The notes: generated by a model from the sequence alone, not told the origin. Shown: positions 37,437-48,279, counted from the stretch's first letter. The stretch: 64,000 nt of DNA from an uncultured Candidatus Saccharibacteria bacterium (GCA_964514595.1 CAZEQZ010000001.1:107914-171913); one strand, 5' to 3'. Numbers and translations are program-made.

Positions 37437-38438
37437 CTACTTAGGTAAGGGCTGAGGTTGATCTTTTCTTCTCTTCCTCATCCTTAATAATATCATAGTA
37501 GTTATGATGATGAGGAGAGCTATCACTATATATTTCCAAGGTAGTATCCAAAACGAAGCTTCTGCTACCAAAGGGGCAAATCCAGGTTGAAAATTTCTAT
37601 ATGTAGCCACTAGCCTTGCATCAATAGGGCCTAGTATTAGCTTTCTATCTTTGGTTAAGAAGGATCCAAAATCCCATACGGTTTCATAGTTTCCTGAATT
37701 ATCTCTTAATATACTTTGCCCGTTAGCATTAAATATAACCTTTCCGACTTCCTGTTTAAATATATTCGTTAGAATTATTTCCCCCACAGGTGTTATGTGA
37801 GTATCTCCTAGGTTATTTATCCTAGTCTCAAATGTGACAGTAGGGGTCTCATAGAAATTTTTATCTGTATCAAATTTAAGTAATTCTGCATTTTCTACGA
37901 ATTCTTCCCCAATCTTAATAAGCATAGGAGTCCCTGCAGAAAGCGATGTGAAGGCTGTTGTTCCTAGAGATTTGGTCTCCGCATCAGATATAAAGGCAAT
38001 TATGACATTGTATTCTCCTTTTGTAATATCGGTTGGTACGTTAATTTCATAAAATATTTTCTCATTCTTATGTGGTACCAATTCAATTTCTTGCCTGTCA
38101 ACTGTCACCCACGAAGATGCAGAGTATAGGTATCTTTGCTCCTCTTCTTCAGTGAGCATTATGGCTGTACCAGGTTGGTTCTCTACCTGTCTAAACCCCC
38201 TCACATATATTTGATATGTAGTTGTTCTATCTGATAGATTCCATACTACAATTTCCCCATCGTATTTCTCCCCAGGTTTTAGCTGAAGTTTCTCAGAAGC
38301 AGGGGCAGTACCGATAGTTAGTGGTGATTGAGCAAAGGATGTTGATTTAGAGAGTAAAAGAAAAACAACTAAAAAAATTGCTATAAGGGTTGTTTTTTTG
38401 TATGACCATGGGGCAGGATATAGATTTTGTTTTTTCAT
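37437..38438 (-). CDS. DUF916/WxL-interacting-like secreted protein with C-terminal membrane anchor
   Basis: LKPGE, SWVT, INVPTDITKGEYNVII, NNLGDTHITPVGEI, FWILPW plus TM plus RMRKRRK. Confidence 0.7.
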   Translation of the reverse strand: MKKQNLYPAPWSYKKTTLIAIFLVVFLLLSKSTSFAQSPLTIGTAPASEKLQLKPGEKYDGEIVVWNLSDRTTTYQIYVRGFRQVENQPGTAIMLTEEEEQRYLYSASSWVTVDRQEIELVPHKNEKIFYEINVPTDITKGEYNVIIAFISDAETKSLGTTAFTSLSAGTPMLIKIGEEFVENAELLKFDTDKNFYETPTVTFETRINNLGDTHITPVGEIILTNIFKQEVGKVIFNANGQSILRDNSGNYETVWDFGSFLTKDRKLILGPIDARLVATYRNFQPGFAPLVAEASFWILPWKYIVIALLIIITTMILLRMRKRRKDQPQPLPK

Positions 38439-38440
38439 AA

Positions 38441-39574
38441 TTAATAATAACCACCACAAACGAATGTTACGGTTTCTGAATAACTACCTGACACTGCGGA
38501 AGAGCTTGCTCTAGCACCGTAGGTTATTGTTGCATTCTCAGTACTAGCTTGTTCATCTGATTGATATAGTATTAATCTAGCTCCAGCGGCTGCTCTATCT
38601 AAAGCTCCAAACTGGCCTAAAGTTCCTGTTTGAAAGTTAGATGGGACAGCTGCAGAACCTCCGGCGTCGGGGTCAGATACAGTCATACCGAAACCTTCGG
38701 CATTACCTCCTGTAAGATCGATGGTTGTGCTTCCTGTAGAGGCTATTAAATAGGCGGAGGGAGCAACTTTGTACAATCCAGCATCAGTAGATCCGTCTCC
38801 CTGTCCATATGCTGCCCAATAGTAACCAGCATTACTAGAGCTTGTTCCTATTGTGTGAGTTGCTGTCACAAAAGAGCCTCCAGGATATAAAGTTCCAAGA
38901 CTTACACTGTTAGTACTGATTTGACAAGTGACAGAGGGGGCTGCTGAAACAGTAGCTGACACTACCACTTGATCATCAGTTAGTATACTAACACTAAAAG
39001 CTTTAGAATCAATTGTTGTTCCTTCCGATACCTCAACAGTTATTGTTCTTAGACCGGTAGTTGCAGAGGTTCCTATGACACCAGCGGAGGAACCATTTGT
39101 TATTTTTACACCGTATGTCGTAGCTGTAGATAGTGCCCCCACAGCAGTTATAGTTATCGTATCAACTGTGGTAGAACCATTTCCTTGTGTACAAGCTGCT
39201 GAAAGACCACTACCTGTATCTGGTAGGGCAGAGTCTATATCCCAATCGGTACCAGACAAATCTGCTGCAGAAGCTGTAACCCCTGTAGCAATCAGATTCC
39301 CAGCTGTTCTACACCATTCACTATCATCAGAAATAGGGAAAGTTATTTCCACCTGTCCTCCGGAAGAGAAGCTTTGACTAACCTCAAAAGCTACAACATA
39401 CTCTACAACCTGTCCTGTACCACCATTCAAATCAGCCTTAATTCTACTCATATAGAAGTATAAATCAGGTAGAGTTCCTGCATTCGATTTGAAAGAAGGA
39501 AAAAACAGAAAATAGAAAAGCAAAGAAAAGATGGTTAGTAGTAGGGTAGAGACAATCTTAGTTTTACTTTTCAT
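38441..39574 (-). CDS. Secreted Gly/Ser/Thr-rich protein with WxL/pilin-like C-terminal domain
   Basis: Signal peptide; DQVVVSATV; ends SGSYSETVTFVCGGYY. Confidence 0.7.
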   Translation of the reverse strand: MKSKTKIVSTLLLTIFSLLFYFLFFPSFKSNAGTLPDLYFYMSRIKADLNGGTGQVVEYVVAFEVSQSFSSGGQVEITFPISDDSEWCRTAGNLIATGVTASAADLSGTDWDIDSALPDTGSGLSAACTQGNGSTTVDTITITAVGALSTATTYGVKITNGSSAGVIGTSATTGLRTITVEVSEGTTIDSKAFSVSILTDDQVVVSATVSAAPSVTCQISTNSVSLGTLYPGGSFVTATHTIGTSSSNAGYYWAAYGQGDGSTDAGLYKVAPSAYLIASTGSTTIDLTGGNAEGFGMTVSDPDAGGSAAVPSNFQTGTLGQFGALDRAAAGARLILYQSDEQASTENATITYGARASSSAVSGSYSETVTFVCGGYY

Positions 39575-39649
39575 TGTAGTAGGGCAGACAAGATTTTTAA
39601 TTAATAATTAAAGGTTATACAAAGATTTAGAATAAGTCAATAGTGTGTA

Positions 39650-40852
39650 TCAATATCTTGGTACAAGAATGAAATAAATTTCTTCTGTGTAATCTGTCTC
39701 TGCAGTACGTCCAACACCAGCCCTTGCCTTAAGATACATGCCCATTCGACCATCATTTATGGGTCCATCCCCATCATATATTTTGTTGGCAGTAGTGGAT
39801 ACAGCTCCAACAACATTACCGGAGCCAGAATAGTTTGTAGTAGATGTTATCTCTCCCAGATATCCAGAGCTCTCATAATCAATATAATAGCTTTGAAGAC
39901 CGAATCCTTCTGCACCAGAATCATCAAGATTTTCACTGTCTGACAAGATTGTTTCAGTAGTTGTTGGACTATACAATCCCCCGTATTTGCCAAACTGTAT
40001 TATAGCAACACCTCCAGCAGAGCTACTAACCACATCAAGCCACACTAAGCTAGAAGCAGTAGTAGCTGCAGCCCCCGCTACTAATTGCTCAGATCCGGAA
40101 AAGGAAATGGAATAAGGAGAAGCACTCTCAGTATCATATCCACTCTCTGTTGCTATATCGATATCGAAATATAATAAACCAGCTGTTGTTGTAGCATCTG
40201 CCACTGTACTAAAATCAGATTGAGTAAAATCTCCATGTAGAGCAGAGATCCTAATGTAGTACTGAGTACTTGGTTGTAGCCCTTTAATATTGAAATCTTC
40301 GTCTTCCCAATACTCCTCAGTTCTGAAATCATTAATATCACAACTAGGAAGATCCTTTGGTCTGAATGTAGAACCATCTATACACTTAATATCACTTGAA
40401 AAATTATCCTCTGATATATGAACCATATACAAAGTATCTTCCGGATTAACATACGGCTGTATCTCAAACCTTGCCTTATCATAACACCCTCCTGGACCAC
40501 ATATAGCAACCATTCCTCCACTTAACAGCTCCGCAGGTCCTGATGTACAGTCGGTAGTACCATCAGTATCTGTCTCAAAACATTCCACACCAGGCTGTGC
40601 AGCCGTGAATATCGCAGAGGGATCCTGATTAATTCTGTAATTGGTAGAGTAATTCCTAGGATCTGCAGATATCTGTCCAGCAGTAGATATCAATTTGAAA
40701 TTTGTAGAATCCATTAGACCTCCACCTCCTGAAGTAGATACACCAATCATCTTAAAATTAGTAGAATCTAATTCATTAGCTAGCACATTTGTACTTAGAA
40801 AGAGTATTGGTAATAAAGATAACCATATCTTTAATATATTGGCAGATTTCAT
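39650..40852 (-). CDS. Secreted protein with FnIII-like segment and WxL/pilin-like C-terminal domain
   Basis: Signal peptide; GLQPSTQYYIRISA (FnIII-like); EGFGL shared with the neighbour; ends YTEEIYFILVPRY. Confidence 0.7.
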   Translation of the reverse strand: MKSANILKIWLSLLPILFLSTNVLANELDSTNFKMIGVSTSGGGGLMDSTNFKLISTAGQISADPRNYSTNYRINQDPSAIFTAAQPGVECFETDTDGTTDCTSGPAELLSGGMVAICGPGGCYDKARFEIQPYVNPEDTLYMVHISEDNFSSDIKCIDGSTFRPKDLPSCDINDFRTEEYWEDEDFNIKGLQPSTQYYIRISALHGDFTQSDFSTVADATTTAGLLYFDIDIATESGYDTESASPYSISFSGSEQLVAGAAATTASSLVWLDVVSSSAGGVAIIQFGKYGGLYSPTTTETILSDSENLDDSGAEGFGLQSYYIDYESSGYLGEITSTTNYSGSGNVVGAVSTTANKIYDGDGPINDGRMGMYLKARAGVGRTAETDYTEEIYFILVPRY

Positions 40853-40913
40853 ATATCAATGATATTGTAAGTTATATTAATTAGTCAAATTTTGATATAA
40901 TTCTAAAGCTTTT

Positions 40914-41000
40914 GGAGAGGTGCCTGAGTGGTCGAAAGGGACGGTCTTGAAAACCGTTGTACAGGTTACTGTACCGTGGGTTCGAATCCCACCCTCTCCG
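40914..41000 (+). tRNA. tRNA-Ser (TGA)
   Basis: GGAGAGGTGCCTGAGTGG...CT-TGA-AA, long variable arm, GGTTCGAATCC...CCTCTCCG; no encoded CCA. Confidence 0.96.
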
Positions 41001-41146
41001 TACTTATACTACGTTCGGTTTGTGCATAAACATTGGTATTACAATCACTATATGCAGTTTGTTAGTTATTTTTAATATACTATAAGATGGTTGAATAGGA
41101 TTTTCATAAGTAATGTAAAAATATTTAAATTAAACTACACAATAAG

Positions 41147-41998
41147 ATGAAATCAACAGAAGTTTATGAAAAACTAGAAAAAGATTTTGTCACTTTAACC
41201 ATGACAGATGATTGGGTCGCACATATGGATAAGGTTCAGGAATTTTTGACAGAAAACTTCAAGCAAAGATCCATGGGATTAGTTTGTGATTTTACAGAAG
41301 ATATACAAAAAGTATATACAGCTGTATTTCCATCTCAGAAAGTTATGCAAAAAATATTGGATGATAACGTCTCAGATGCTCTATTGTTTGTTCATCATCC
41401 TTCTATTTGGGATATTAGGAGAGCGCCTGAAATCTTTCATCAAATGGATAAAGAACAACTACAACAGTTCCAAAACAGAAATATAGCTATTTTTAATTTT
41501 CATGTACCCTTGGATAATAATGGTGAATTTTCAACAACGGTAAATTTAGCTAAAGCTTTGGATATAGAGGTAGAAAAAGAATTTGCCCCATACTTTGGAG
41601 CTATGTGTGGGGTGTTTGGAAAGACAGCAGATACAAATGTCAATGAACTCAAGGACAGATTTGAGAAAATTTTGGGCCACGAGGTACAACTATATGCCTA
41701 TGGAGATGAACAAATAAGGAACCAAAGAGTTAGTTTAGTAGCAGGGGGCGGAAATGATAAAGAAATTTTAGAAGAAGTTGTGGCTGAAGGAATAAATGTA
41801 CACATTACTGGAATAACAGCCCTAAGTGATTATTCCAGAAAGGCTCATGATTATGCAAAGGAACATCATCTTAACATATTAGGAGGAACCCATTATTCGA
41901 CTGAGAGGTTTGCTTGTGAAGCTATGGTTAGATATTTTGAAAGTATGGGACTACCAGCAGAATTCGTAGAAGATGCTCCTGTGATGGAAGATATGTAG
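41147..41998 (+). CDS. Nif3-like dinuclear metal centre protein
   Basis: FVHHP, FHVPLD, VAGGG, ITG, GTHYSTE. Confidence 0.85.
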   Translation: MKSTEVYEKLEKDFVTLTMTDDWVAHMDKVQEFLTENFKQRSMGLVCDFTEDIQKVYTAVFPSQKVMQKILDDNVSDALLFVHHPSIWDIRRAPEIFHQMDKEQLQQFQNRNIAIFNFHVPLDNNGEFSTTVNLAKALDIEVEKEFAPYFGAMCGVFGKTADTNVNELKDRFEKILGHEVQLYAYGDEQIRNQRVSLVAGGGNDKEILEEVVAEGINVHITGITALSDYSRKAHDYAKEHHLNILGGTHYSTERFACEAMVRYFESMGLPAEFVEDAPVMEDM

Positions 41999-42043
41999 AT
42001 GGAGTATGCTATCATATACAAATAATTTCATATAAATATACAT

Positions 42044-42952
42044 ATGAACTCAAAAATATCCCTCTTCGTACTAGCCGCTGGCATGGGTAGTAGATACGGT
42101 GGCCTTAAACAGATGGAAGGATTTGGTCCTAGTGGAGAAACAATCATAGATTATTCAATATATGATGCTGTAAGGGCAGGCTTTGACAAATTCGTATTTG
42201 TAATTAGACCAGATATGGAAGAAGCATTCCAGGAAATATTCATGGAGAAATATAAGAATAAGATAGATATTAGCTATGTATTCCAATCTCTGGATATGCT
42301 CCCTGACTGGTACAAACTTAACCCAGAAAGAGTAAAGCCGTGGGGTACAGGACAGGCACTTTTAGTGGCAAAGGACGCCATAAAGGAACCATCGTATGTA
42401 ATTAGTAGTGATGATTTCTACGGTAAAGAAACATTTGAAATAGTCGCAAAGTTTCTCAGAGAAGAGTGTTCCCCAGAGCTATACAGTATCCCAGTATACA
42501 AGCTTAAGAATGTGCTAAGTGAATACGGTACGGTAAAGAGAGGTATATGCTTCACAGAAAATGGATACCTAAATCACATAGAAGAGACATTTGAAGTAGG
42601 GAGAGGGGAAGATGGGCAGATAAGGGGACAGAAACAAACAGGTGAGAGTGTAGATCTGGAGGATGAAACTCCTGCAGCTATGAGCTCATATGGTATTCAT
42701 CCTTCGGTATTTCCTAATTTAGAGAAAAGATTTGATGAATTTCTAAGGAACCTTAAGGATGATTTGACAGGTGAGTATCTATTACCTGAAATATTAAGTG
42801 ATATGGTACAGGATAAGGAAATTAAAATAAAAATATTAGAAACAGATAGTGATTGGTTTGGTGTAACATACAAAGAAGATGGGCCTATAGTTAGAGAAAG
42901 ATTGAGACAATTAGTAGATAAAGGGATATATCCTGAAAAGTTAGAACTATGA
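42044..42952 (+). CDS. Sugar-phosphate nucleotidyltransferase
   Basis: LAAGMGSRYGGLKQ, KPWGTG, DDFYG, WFGVTY. Confidence 0.88.
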   Translation: MNSKISLFVLAAGMGSRYGGLKQMEGFGPSGETIIDYSIYDAVRAGFDKFVFVIRPDMEEAFQEIFMEKYKNKIDISYVFQSLDMLPDWYKLNPERVKPWGTGQALLVAKDAIKEPSYVISSDDFYGKETFEIVAKFLREECSPELYSIPVYKLKNVLSEYGTVKRGICFTENGYLNHIEETFEVGRGEDGQIRGQKQTGESVDLEDETPAAMSSYGIHPSVFPNLEKRFDEFLRNLKDDLTGEYLLPEILSDMVQDKEIKIKILETDSDWFGVTYKEDGPIVRERLRQLVDKGIYPEKLEL

Positions 42953-43932
42953 TAATAGATACGCATTGCCATTTACCCTATATTAATCACAATGTAAGGA
43001 ATTGGGAAGAATTATACATAAACAAATACTCAAAGTATCTGCTCCGCTATTTAGCTAAGTATTATGCATTTAAAGCCAAGTGTGAATATTCTAATACTTT
43101 GGAAAAATTCAAGAAGAATATAATGGACAGCACAGTAAAAAATATAAATGAAAGTATATTAGATTATGCAATACTATTTGCTATAGATGGAGTATATGAC
43201 AACCAAGGACAAATAAAAAATAAAGAGAGTGTAGTATATGCTCCGAATAGCTTAATTCTAGATCTCGCTAAAGAAAACAACAAAATATTACCTGGGGCTT
43301 CTCTTAATTTTAATAGGAGAGATGTAGACCAAGAGTTAGGCTACATAATTAAGAATAATTTTATTTTAATAAAAATACATCCCTCAATACAACAAGTTAA
43401 TATAGGTGACCCTAAGTATATTCCTCTGTATCATAAAATTGCTAATGCGAGAATACCTCTTTTGATACATGTTGGGTTTGAATCTGCAATACCTGGGTAT
43501 AATGGAGTGAAGGAATATAATCGGATTCAAAATATAGAGCTTCCTTTAAAATACGGCTGTACTGTTATTGCCGCACATGGTGGAGGTACACCAATCGATT
43601 TCTTTGGTAGTGAGAAAGAAACATTTGAAGAAGTTAGAAAATTGTTAGATAAGTATCCTAATTTGTATCTAGATAATTCAGCAACATATGGTTTCCATAG
43701 GCCAAATCGTGCTAAAACAATGCTGAAATATCCCGAATATGAAAATAGATATCTATTTGGCTCAGACTATCCCAATGTAGCTGCTGGTATGATTGCAAAT
43801 GTCATTAGGATTAATAATGAAAACATATTTAATCTGGATATACAGAAGAAGATAGAGCTCGGTTTCTCAGAAGCTAGTTTCGCGAATGTGTTAAATGTGT
43901 CAGATAATATAAGATTCTGGTTAAGAAGATAA
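42949..43932 (+). CDS. Amidohydrolase-2 family metallohydrolase
   Basis: IIDTHCH, IKIHP, LLIHVG, AAHGG, LYLDNS, LFGSDYP. Confidence 0.88.
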   Translation: MIIDTHCHLPYINHNVRNWEELYINKYSKYLLRYLAKYYAFKAKCEYSNTLEKFKKNIMDSTVKNINESILDYAILFAIDGVYDNQGQIKNKESVVYAPNSLILDLAKENNKILPGASLNFNRRDVDQELGYIIKNNFILIKIHPSIQQVNIGDPKYIPLYHKIANARIPLLIHVGFESAIPGYNGVKEYNRIQNIELPLKYGCTVIAAHGGGTPIDFFGSEKETFEEVRKLLDKYPNLYLDNSATYGFHRPNRAKTMLKYPEYENRYLFGSDYPNVAAGMIANVIRINNENIFNLDIQKKIELGFSEASFANVLNVSDNIRFWLRR

Positions 43933-43977
43933 GTATTGTTGATATATTTATCCTTTTGAAATAAAATATCCTACACA

Positions 43978-45597
43978 ATGAATAAAGAGATTCAATCTAA
44001 TAGTAAGAACCCGTATAAACCCACTGATAGAGATGGAGGTTTTCCAGTTAATATGCCGTATTGGAAAAGAAGAATATTTGAAACTATTCCTGGTTTATTA
44101 ATATGGACATTCCTTCTTCTTCCTGTAATATTCGCTTTATTAAGATGGAATACTGGAATGGTTGTATACATATCCTTTTTGGTTGCATATTGGCTGTACC
44201 GAACAATTAAATTTGTTCTTGGGGACTACGTAGGTATTCGAAGGATGCAAGATGAGACTACCAAGGACTGGGTCGGGATGATTAAAGAGTTAGATTCTCC
44301 TAAATTAAAAGATTTAAGATACATATACCTATGCCCCGTATATTCAGAAAGTATGGAAGTGCTAGAACCATCATTTGAAGCATGGGCAAACAGTGATATA
44401 GGAGCAGAGAGAATAGATGTAGTTATGGCCATGGAGGAGAAGAAAAAAGATTTTCAAGTGGAAAACTTTAATAAACTTAAGGAAAAGTACGGGCATAAAT
44501 TTGGAAGTATGCAGTATTATGTACATCCTTCAGGTATACCAGGGGAGATAGCAGGAGTTAAGGGCGCAAATATTAATTGGGCGGCAAGACATTATGTAAA
44601 AGAGTTGGAAGAAAAGGGGGAGGATCTTGGAAACTATCTTTTAATAACCTGTGATTCCGATCTTAGACCTCATCCAAAGTATCTTTCTGCAGTTACCTAT
44701 AAATATCTAACTTCGGAAGATCCAGAGAAAACATTCTATGCTTCTGCGATACACACATTCAATAACAATATATGGAATGTTCCTCCCATGATTAGAACTC
44801 AATCCCATATGCTAACCTTAGTAATTTTGCATATGTGGGTGTGGCATAGATTCATAAGGATACCCTTCTTTGGAGAGAATGTGTATGTTAGAGAGACGTT
44901 CTCTTCATATATAGTTAACCTTAAAACATTAAAAGACATTGAATTCTGGGATCCTGAGATTCCAAATGATGATACTGCCTTCTATTGGAATTCACTTCTT
45001 AGATCAAAAGGAAATTTTAAAAGCCAAGAGGTATATGTTCCCACATATAATGATGCCGTAGAGAATGAGAATTTTGTTAAATCCCATGTATCCTTCTATA
45101 AACAGCAGTACAGATGGGGATGGGGAACTATAACCTTCCCAATATCTTTAGCAGTACTTTGGGAAGATAAAGAAAATTTTCCTTTGCGTAGGAAAATAGT
45201 AATGCTCAAAATGATGTTCGAATACCTTTGGCTTCTTTCGGTTGTTTTTGTACTCACCTTTGGATTAAATATAATGGGATGGTTAAATCCGGAGTACCAA
45301 TTCTCTGTATTCTGGTACAATCTTCCTAAGATTCTTAGTTATATCTTCACTCTAGTAATGCTATCTAATATCCCCATTGTGATATTTAGGAGAAAAATCA
45401 CACCTGTACCACAAGGCTGGAAGTGGTGGAGGCATGTATTAGATTTCTTGGAAACATACCTTATAACGGTAAATATGCTCACATTTTCCTTCATCCCGTA
45501 TGTTCAAGCTATGACGGAAATGATGCTGGGTTTGGGTAAATTTAAAAGAAATTTCTACGTCACTGATAAGGTAAGGATTAAGGAGAAGGAGAGTTAA
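43978..45597 (+). CDS. Membrane-embedded processive GT2 family glycosyltransferase
   Basis: KGAN, DSD, DD, QQYRW motifs with N- and C-terminal TM segments. Confidence 0.85.
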   Translation: MNKEIQSNSKNPYKPTDRDGGFPVNMPYWKRRIFETIPGLLIWTFLLLPVIFALLRWNTGMVVYISFLVAYWLYRTIKFVLGDYVGIRRMQDETTKDWVGMIKELDSPKLKDLRYIYLCPVYSESMEVLEPSFEAWANSDIGAERIDVVMAMEEKKKDFQVENFNKLKEKYGHKFGSMQYYVHPSGIPGEIAGVKGANINWAARHYVKELEEKGEDLGNYLLITCDSDLRPHPKYLSAVTYKYLTSEDPEKTFYASAIHTFNNNIWNVPPMIRTQSHMLTLVILHMWVWHRFIRIPFFGENVYVRETFSSYIVNLKTLKDIEFWDPEIPNDDTAFYWNSLLRSKGNFKSQEVYVPTYNDAVENENFVKSHVSFYKQQYRWGWGTITFPISLAVLWEDKENFPLRRKIVMLKMMFEYLWLLSVVFVLTFGLNIMGWLNPEYQFSVFWYNLPKILSYIFTLVMLSNIPIVIFRRKITPVPQGWKWWRHVLDFLETYLITVNMLTFSFIPYVQAMTEMMLGLGKFKRNFYVTDKVRIKEKES

Positions 45598-45654
45598 TCT
45601 AGATTTAATAACTACTTAGTAAAATATGTTTAATAATCTTTAAACATATATACT

Positions 45655-46776
45655 ATGATTCTCATTCTATTTTTTCTTCTTCTACTAATATCTCCTGTAT
45701 ACTCTGACGACTTCAACGTATCAGGTGACGGAGCATTAAACGAATACTATCAAACAACAGCAATTACGGTTAGTTATTTTCCTGACCACTATGAATATGA
45801 GAAAGGCATAACATATGATTTAAGTGAAATATACGGTTTGGACACATATGATGTACTTAACGACTACTCAATAGGAGGGCTAACTACTATGTGGTATTCA
45901 AGAAGAGTGCCAAATGTAGTTGACAGGGTAGCAGGACCTCCAGGAACTGTAATAGACATCCTGTATCTCTATTTCAATGATACTAAACATGATGTAGATA
46001 TTTCTAAGATAGTAATACCTTTTAGTAGGAATATTCCTAGTATGGGAAATTGGAATAATATTGTGACACACTTTTCAAATACAGCAATATTTAGGAGTAT
46101 AGATGTCAGTTTTGATAATAAGGTTATAAGAAAGGAGGGAATGTTGAAAAAGTACGAGGGCTTAGGTTTGGTAGCTAATGGTGCTATGGGATCAAGAATT
46201 TTAGACACCATTATGATATCCAATCCTTTGGAGGTTGTAAGTACTCAAATTCAGGAGTTAGATGGATATCTAAATATCCAAATCTTAATCAGGAATAATA
46301 GCACAGAGAAATTAAATGACATTATCTTTGAGCATGAGGAGTATGTTGAAGTTTTCACATTACTTCCTGCAGACGAAATATTTCTTGAATATAATTTAGA
46401 AAAAAAGGAAGATCTAGGATACTACAGAATAACTAATCCTAATACTAAAACAGAGTGTGTTATATATGGTAGTAACTACTATAATTGGTTGCAACCCAAC
46501 GCAGTTACAGTTCTAGCATATAGAGAGGATGGAGGATGGATAAATGGAGCTCACGTACAACCTGTAGGGGAGAGTTTCTGTATAACTAGACTTCCATACA
46601 GTACAACCTCTTCCGTTCTTAAGTATGAAAAGCAAACGGTTGGTGATAATATATTAGAGACCGAGGAAGTCATAGCCAAAGAGGAGGGTAGTACAAATGA
46701 ACTAAATAATGTATTAGGAGTAGATTCTACTACAGGTATGTCCCTTCCTAAAACAGCTAAGAAAATATATTATTAA
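45655..46776 (+). CDS. Secreted hypothetical protein ending in VLG...LPKTA
   Basis: Signal peptide; no recognised catalytic motif. Confidence 0.7.
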   Translation: MILILFFLLLLISPVYSDDFNVSGDGALNEYYQTTAITVSYFPDHYEYEKGITYDLSEIYGLDTYDVLNDYSIGGLTTMWYSRRVPNVVDRVAGPPGTVIDILYLYFNDTKHDVDISKIVIPFSRNIPSMGNWNNIVTHFSNTAIFRSIDVSFDNKVIRKEGMLKKYEGLGLVANGAMGSRILDTIMISNPLEVVSTQIQELDGYLNIQILIRNNSTEKLNDIIFEHEEYVEVFTLLPADEIFLEYNLEKKEDLGYYRITNPNTKTECVIYGSNYYNWLQPNAVTVLAYREDGGWINGAHVQPVGESFCITRLPYSTTSSVLKYEKQTVGDNILETEEVIAKEEGSTNELNNVLGVDSTTGMSLPKTAKKIYY

Positions 46777-46782
46777 AAAGGT

Positions 46783-48210
46783 ATGAAGATAAAGATTAAA
46801 TTGCCAGAATATGTACAAAAAGTAGCAAGGATCCTTATTAAAGAAGGCTATGATTGCTATTTAGTAGGTGGTGCCTTAAGGGATATTGTGATGGATAAGG
46901 TGCCGCATGATTATGATTTGGCAACTAATGCACTGCCAGATGAAATGTTAAATATGTTTCCAAAATCAGTATCAACAGGAGCTAAATTTGGTACAGTTAT
47001 GGCCCTAATTCAGGATAATCATGGAGAAACACATGAGGTTGAAGTTACAACCTTCAGGAGTGAATCTGGCTATGTGGATGGTAGATGGCCTAGTGATGTT
47101 AAGTTTGTGCAGGATATAGATAAGGATCTTGGGAGAAGAGATTTCACATTTAATGCAATGGCATTAGATCTGTCACAGTTGGATTTGGATGGTTCTTCAG
47201 AAGAACAAGAAGCTGAGGTATACGATCCCTTTGATGGTGTTGGGGATATAGAAAAAAAGATAGTTAAGGCTGTGGGTACTCCCATAGAAAGATTTAAAGA
47301 GGATGGTTTAAGAGCATTTAAGGCGTGTAGAGTGGCTTCACAATTAGGTTTTGAGATAGAAGAGGAGACATTTAAGGCTATAAAGGAATCTATACCAGTA
47401 GCATCCCAAATATCAATGGAGAGGATAAGGGACGAATTTATGAAAATGCTTCTTAATTCATCTAAGCCATCTGTAGGTATTGATCTAATGAGGGAGAGTG
47501 GTCTTCTTAATATCTTTATGCCAGAACTATTAGAGGGTTTAGATGTTGAGCAGAAGCTATATCATGCTCATGATGTATACTGGCATGCACTTAAGACATG
47601 TGATGTGGCACATGATAGTGTCAAATTAGCTGCACTACTTCATGACATAGCAAAACCTAGAACTGATATGGGGAATGGTCATTTCTATGGACATGATAAG
47701 ATGGGGTCTGAGATAGCAGAAAAAATAATGAAAAGGATGAAATTCTCGCAGAGTGAGATTAATAGGGTGAAGGTATTGATAGAGAATCACATGTTCTACT
47801 ACCCTCACATACAGGAAGATATGACAGATGAAGAGAAAGAGAATATAGAGATGCATAAATGGTCAGATTCTGCTGTTAGAAGATTTATACAAAGAGTAGG
47901 AGAGGAGAATATAGATGATCTGTTTAAATTAAGAATGGCAGATGCTCAATCCAACCCTTCTACAGCATTTAAGCCAGATGAGATAACCATACTACAAAAC
48001 AGGATATCTGAGGTCAGAAGACAGGATATGGCATTAAAGGTAACGGATTTAGATATAACAGGGGAGGATTTAATGAAGATTGGTATTAAGAAAGGTCCTC
48101 AGTTAGGTACAGTATTAAAGGAACTTTTAGAGATGGTATTGGATGATCCGTTATTAAATAAGAAGGAAGAATTACTTAGAAAAGCTAAAGAGATAGCTAA
48201 ATTAGAATAG
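46783..48210 (+). CDS. cca: CCA tRNA nucleotidyltransferase with HD domain
   Basis: VGGALRD, DYD, EVTTFR, RRDFTFNAMA, EDGLR, LLHDIAK. Confidence 0.93.
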   Translation: MKIKIKLPEYVQKVARILIKEGYDCYLVGGALRDIVMDKVPHDYDLATNALPDEMLNMFPKSVSTGAKFGTVMALIQDNHGETHEVEVTTFRSESGYVDGRWPSDVKFVQDIDKDLGRRDFTFNAMALDLSQLDLDGSSEEQEAEVYDPFDGVGDIEKKIVKAVGTPIERFKEDGLRAFKACRVASQLGFEIEEETFKAIKESIPVASQISMERIRDEFMKMLLNSSKPSVGIDLMRESGLLNIFMPELLEGLDVEQKLYHAHDVYWHALKTCDVAHDSVKLAALLHDIAKPRTDMGNGHFYGHDKMGSEIAEKIMKRMKFSQSEINRVKVLIENHMFYYPHIQEDMTDEEKENIEMHKWSDSAVRRFIQRVGEENIDDLFKLRMADAQSNPSTAFKPDEITILQNRISEVRRQDMALKVTDLDITGEDLMKIGIKKGPQLGTVLKELLEMVLDDPLLNKKEELLRKAKEIAKLE

Positions 48211-48279
48211 AGGGTTGTCTTTCTCTATCCTCTTCCATTATCATATATACATACATTACTTAAAAACAGTACTGCCTTA

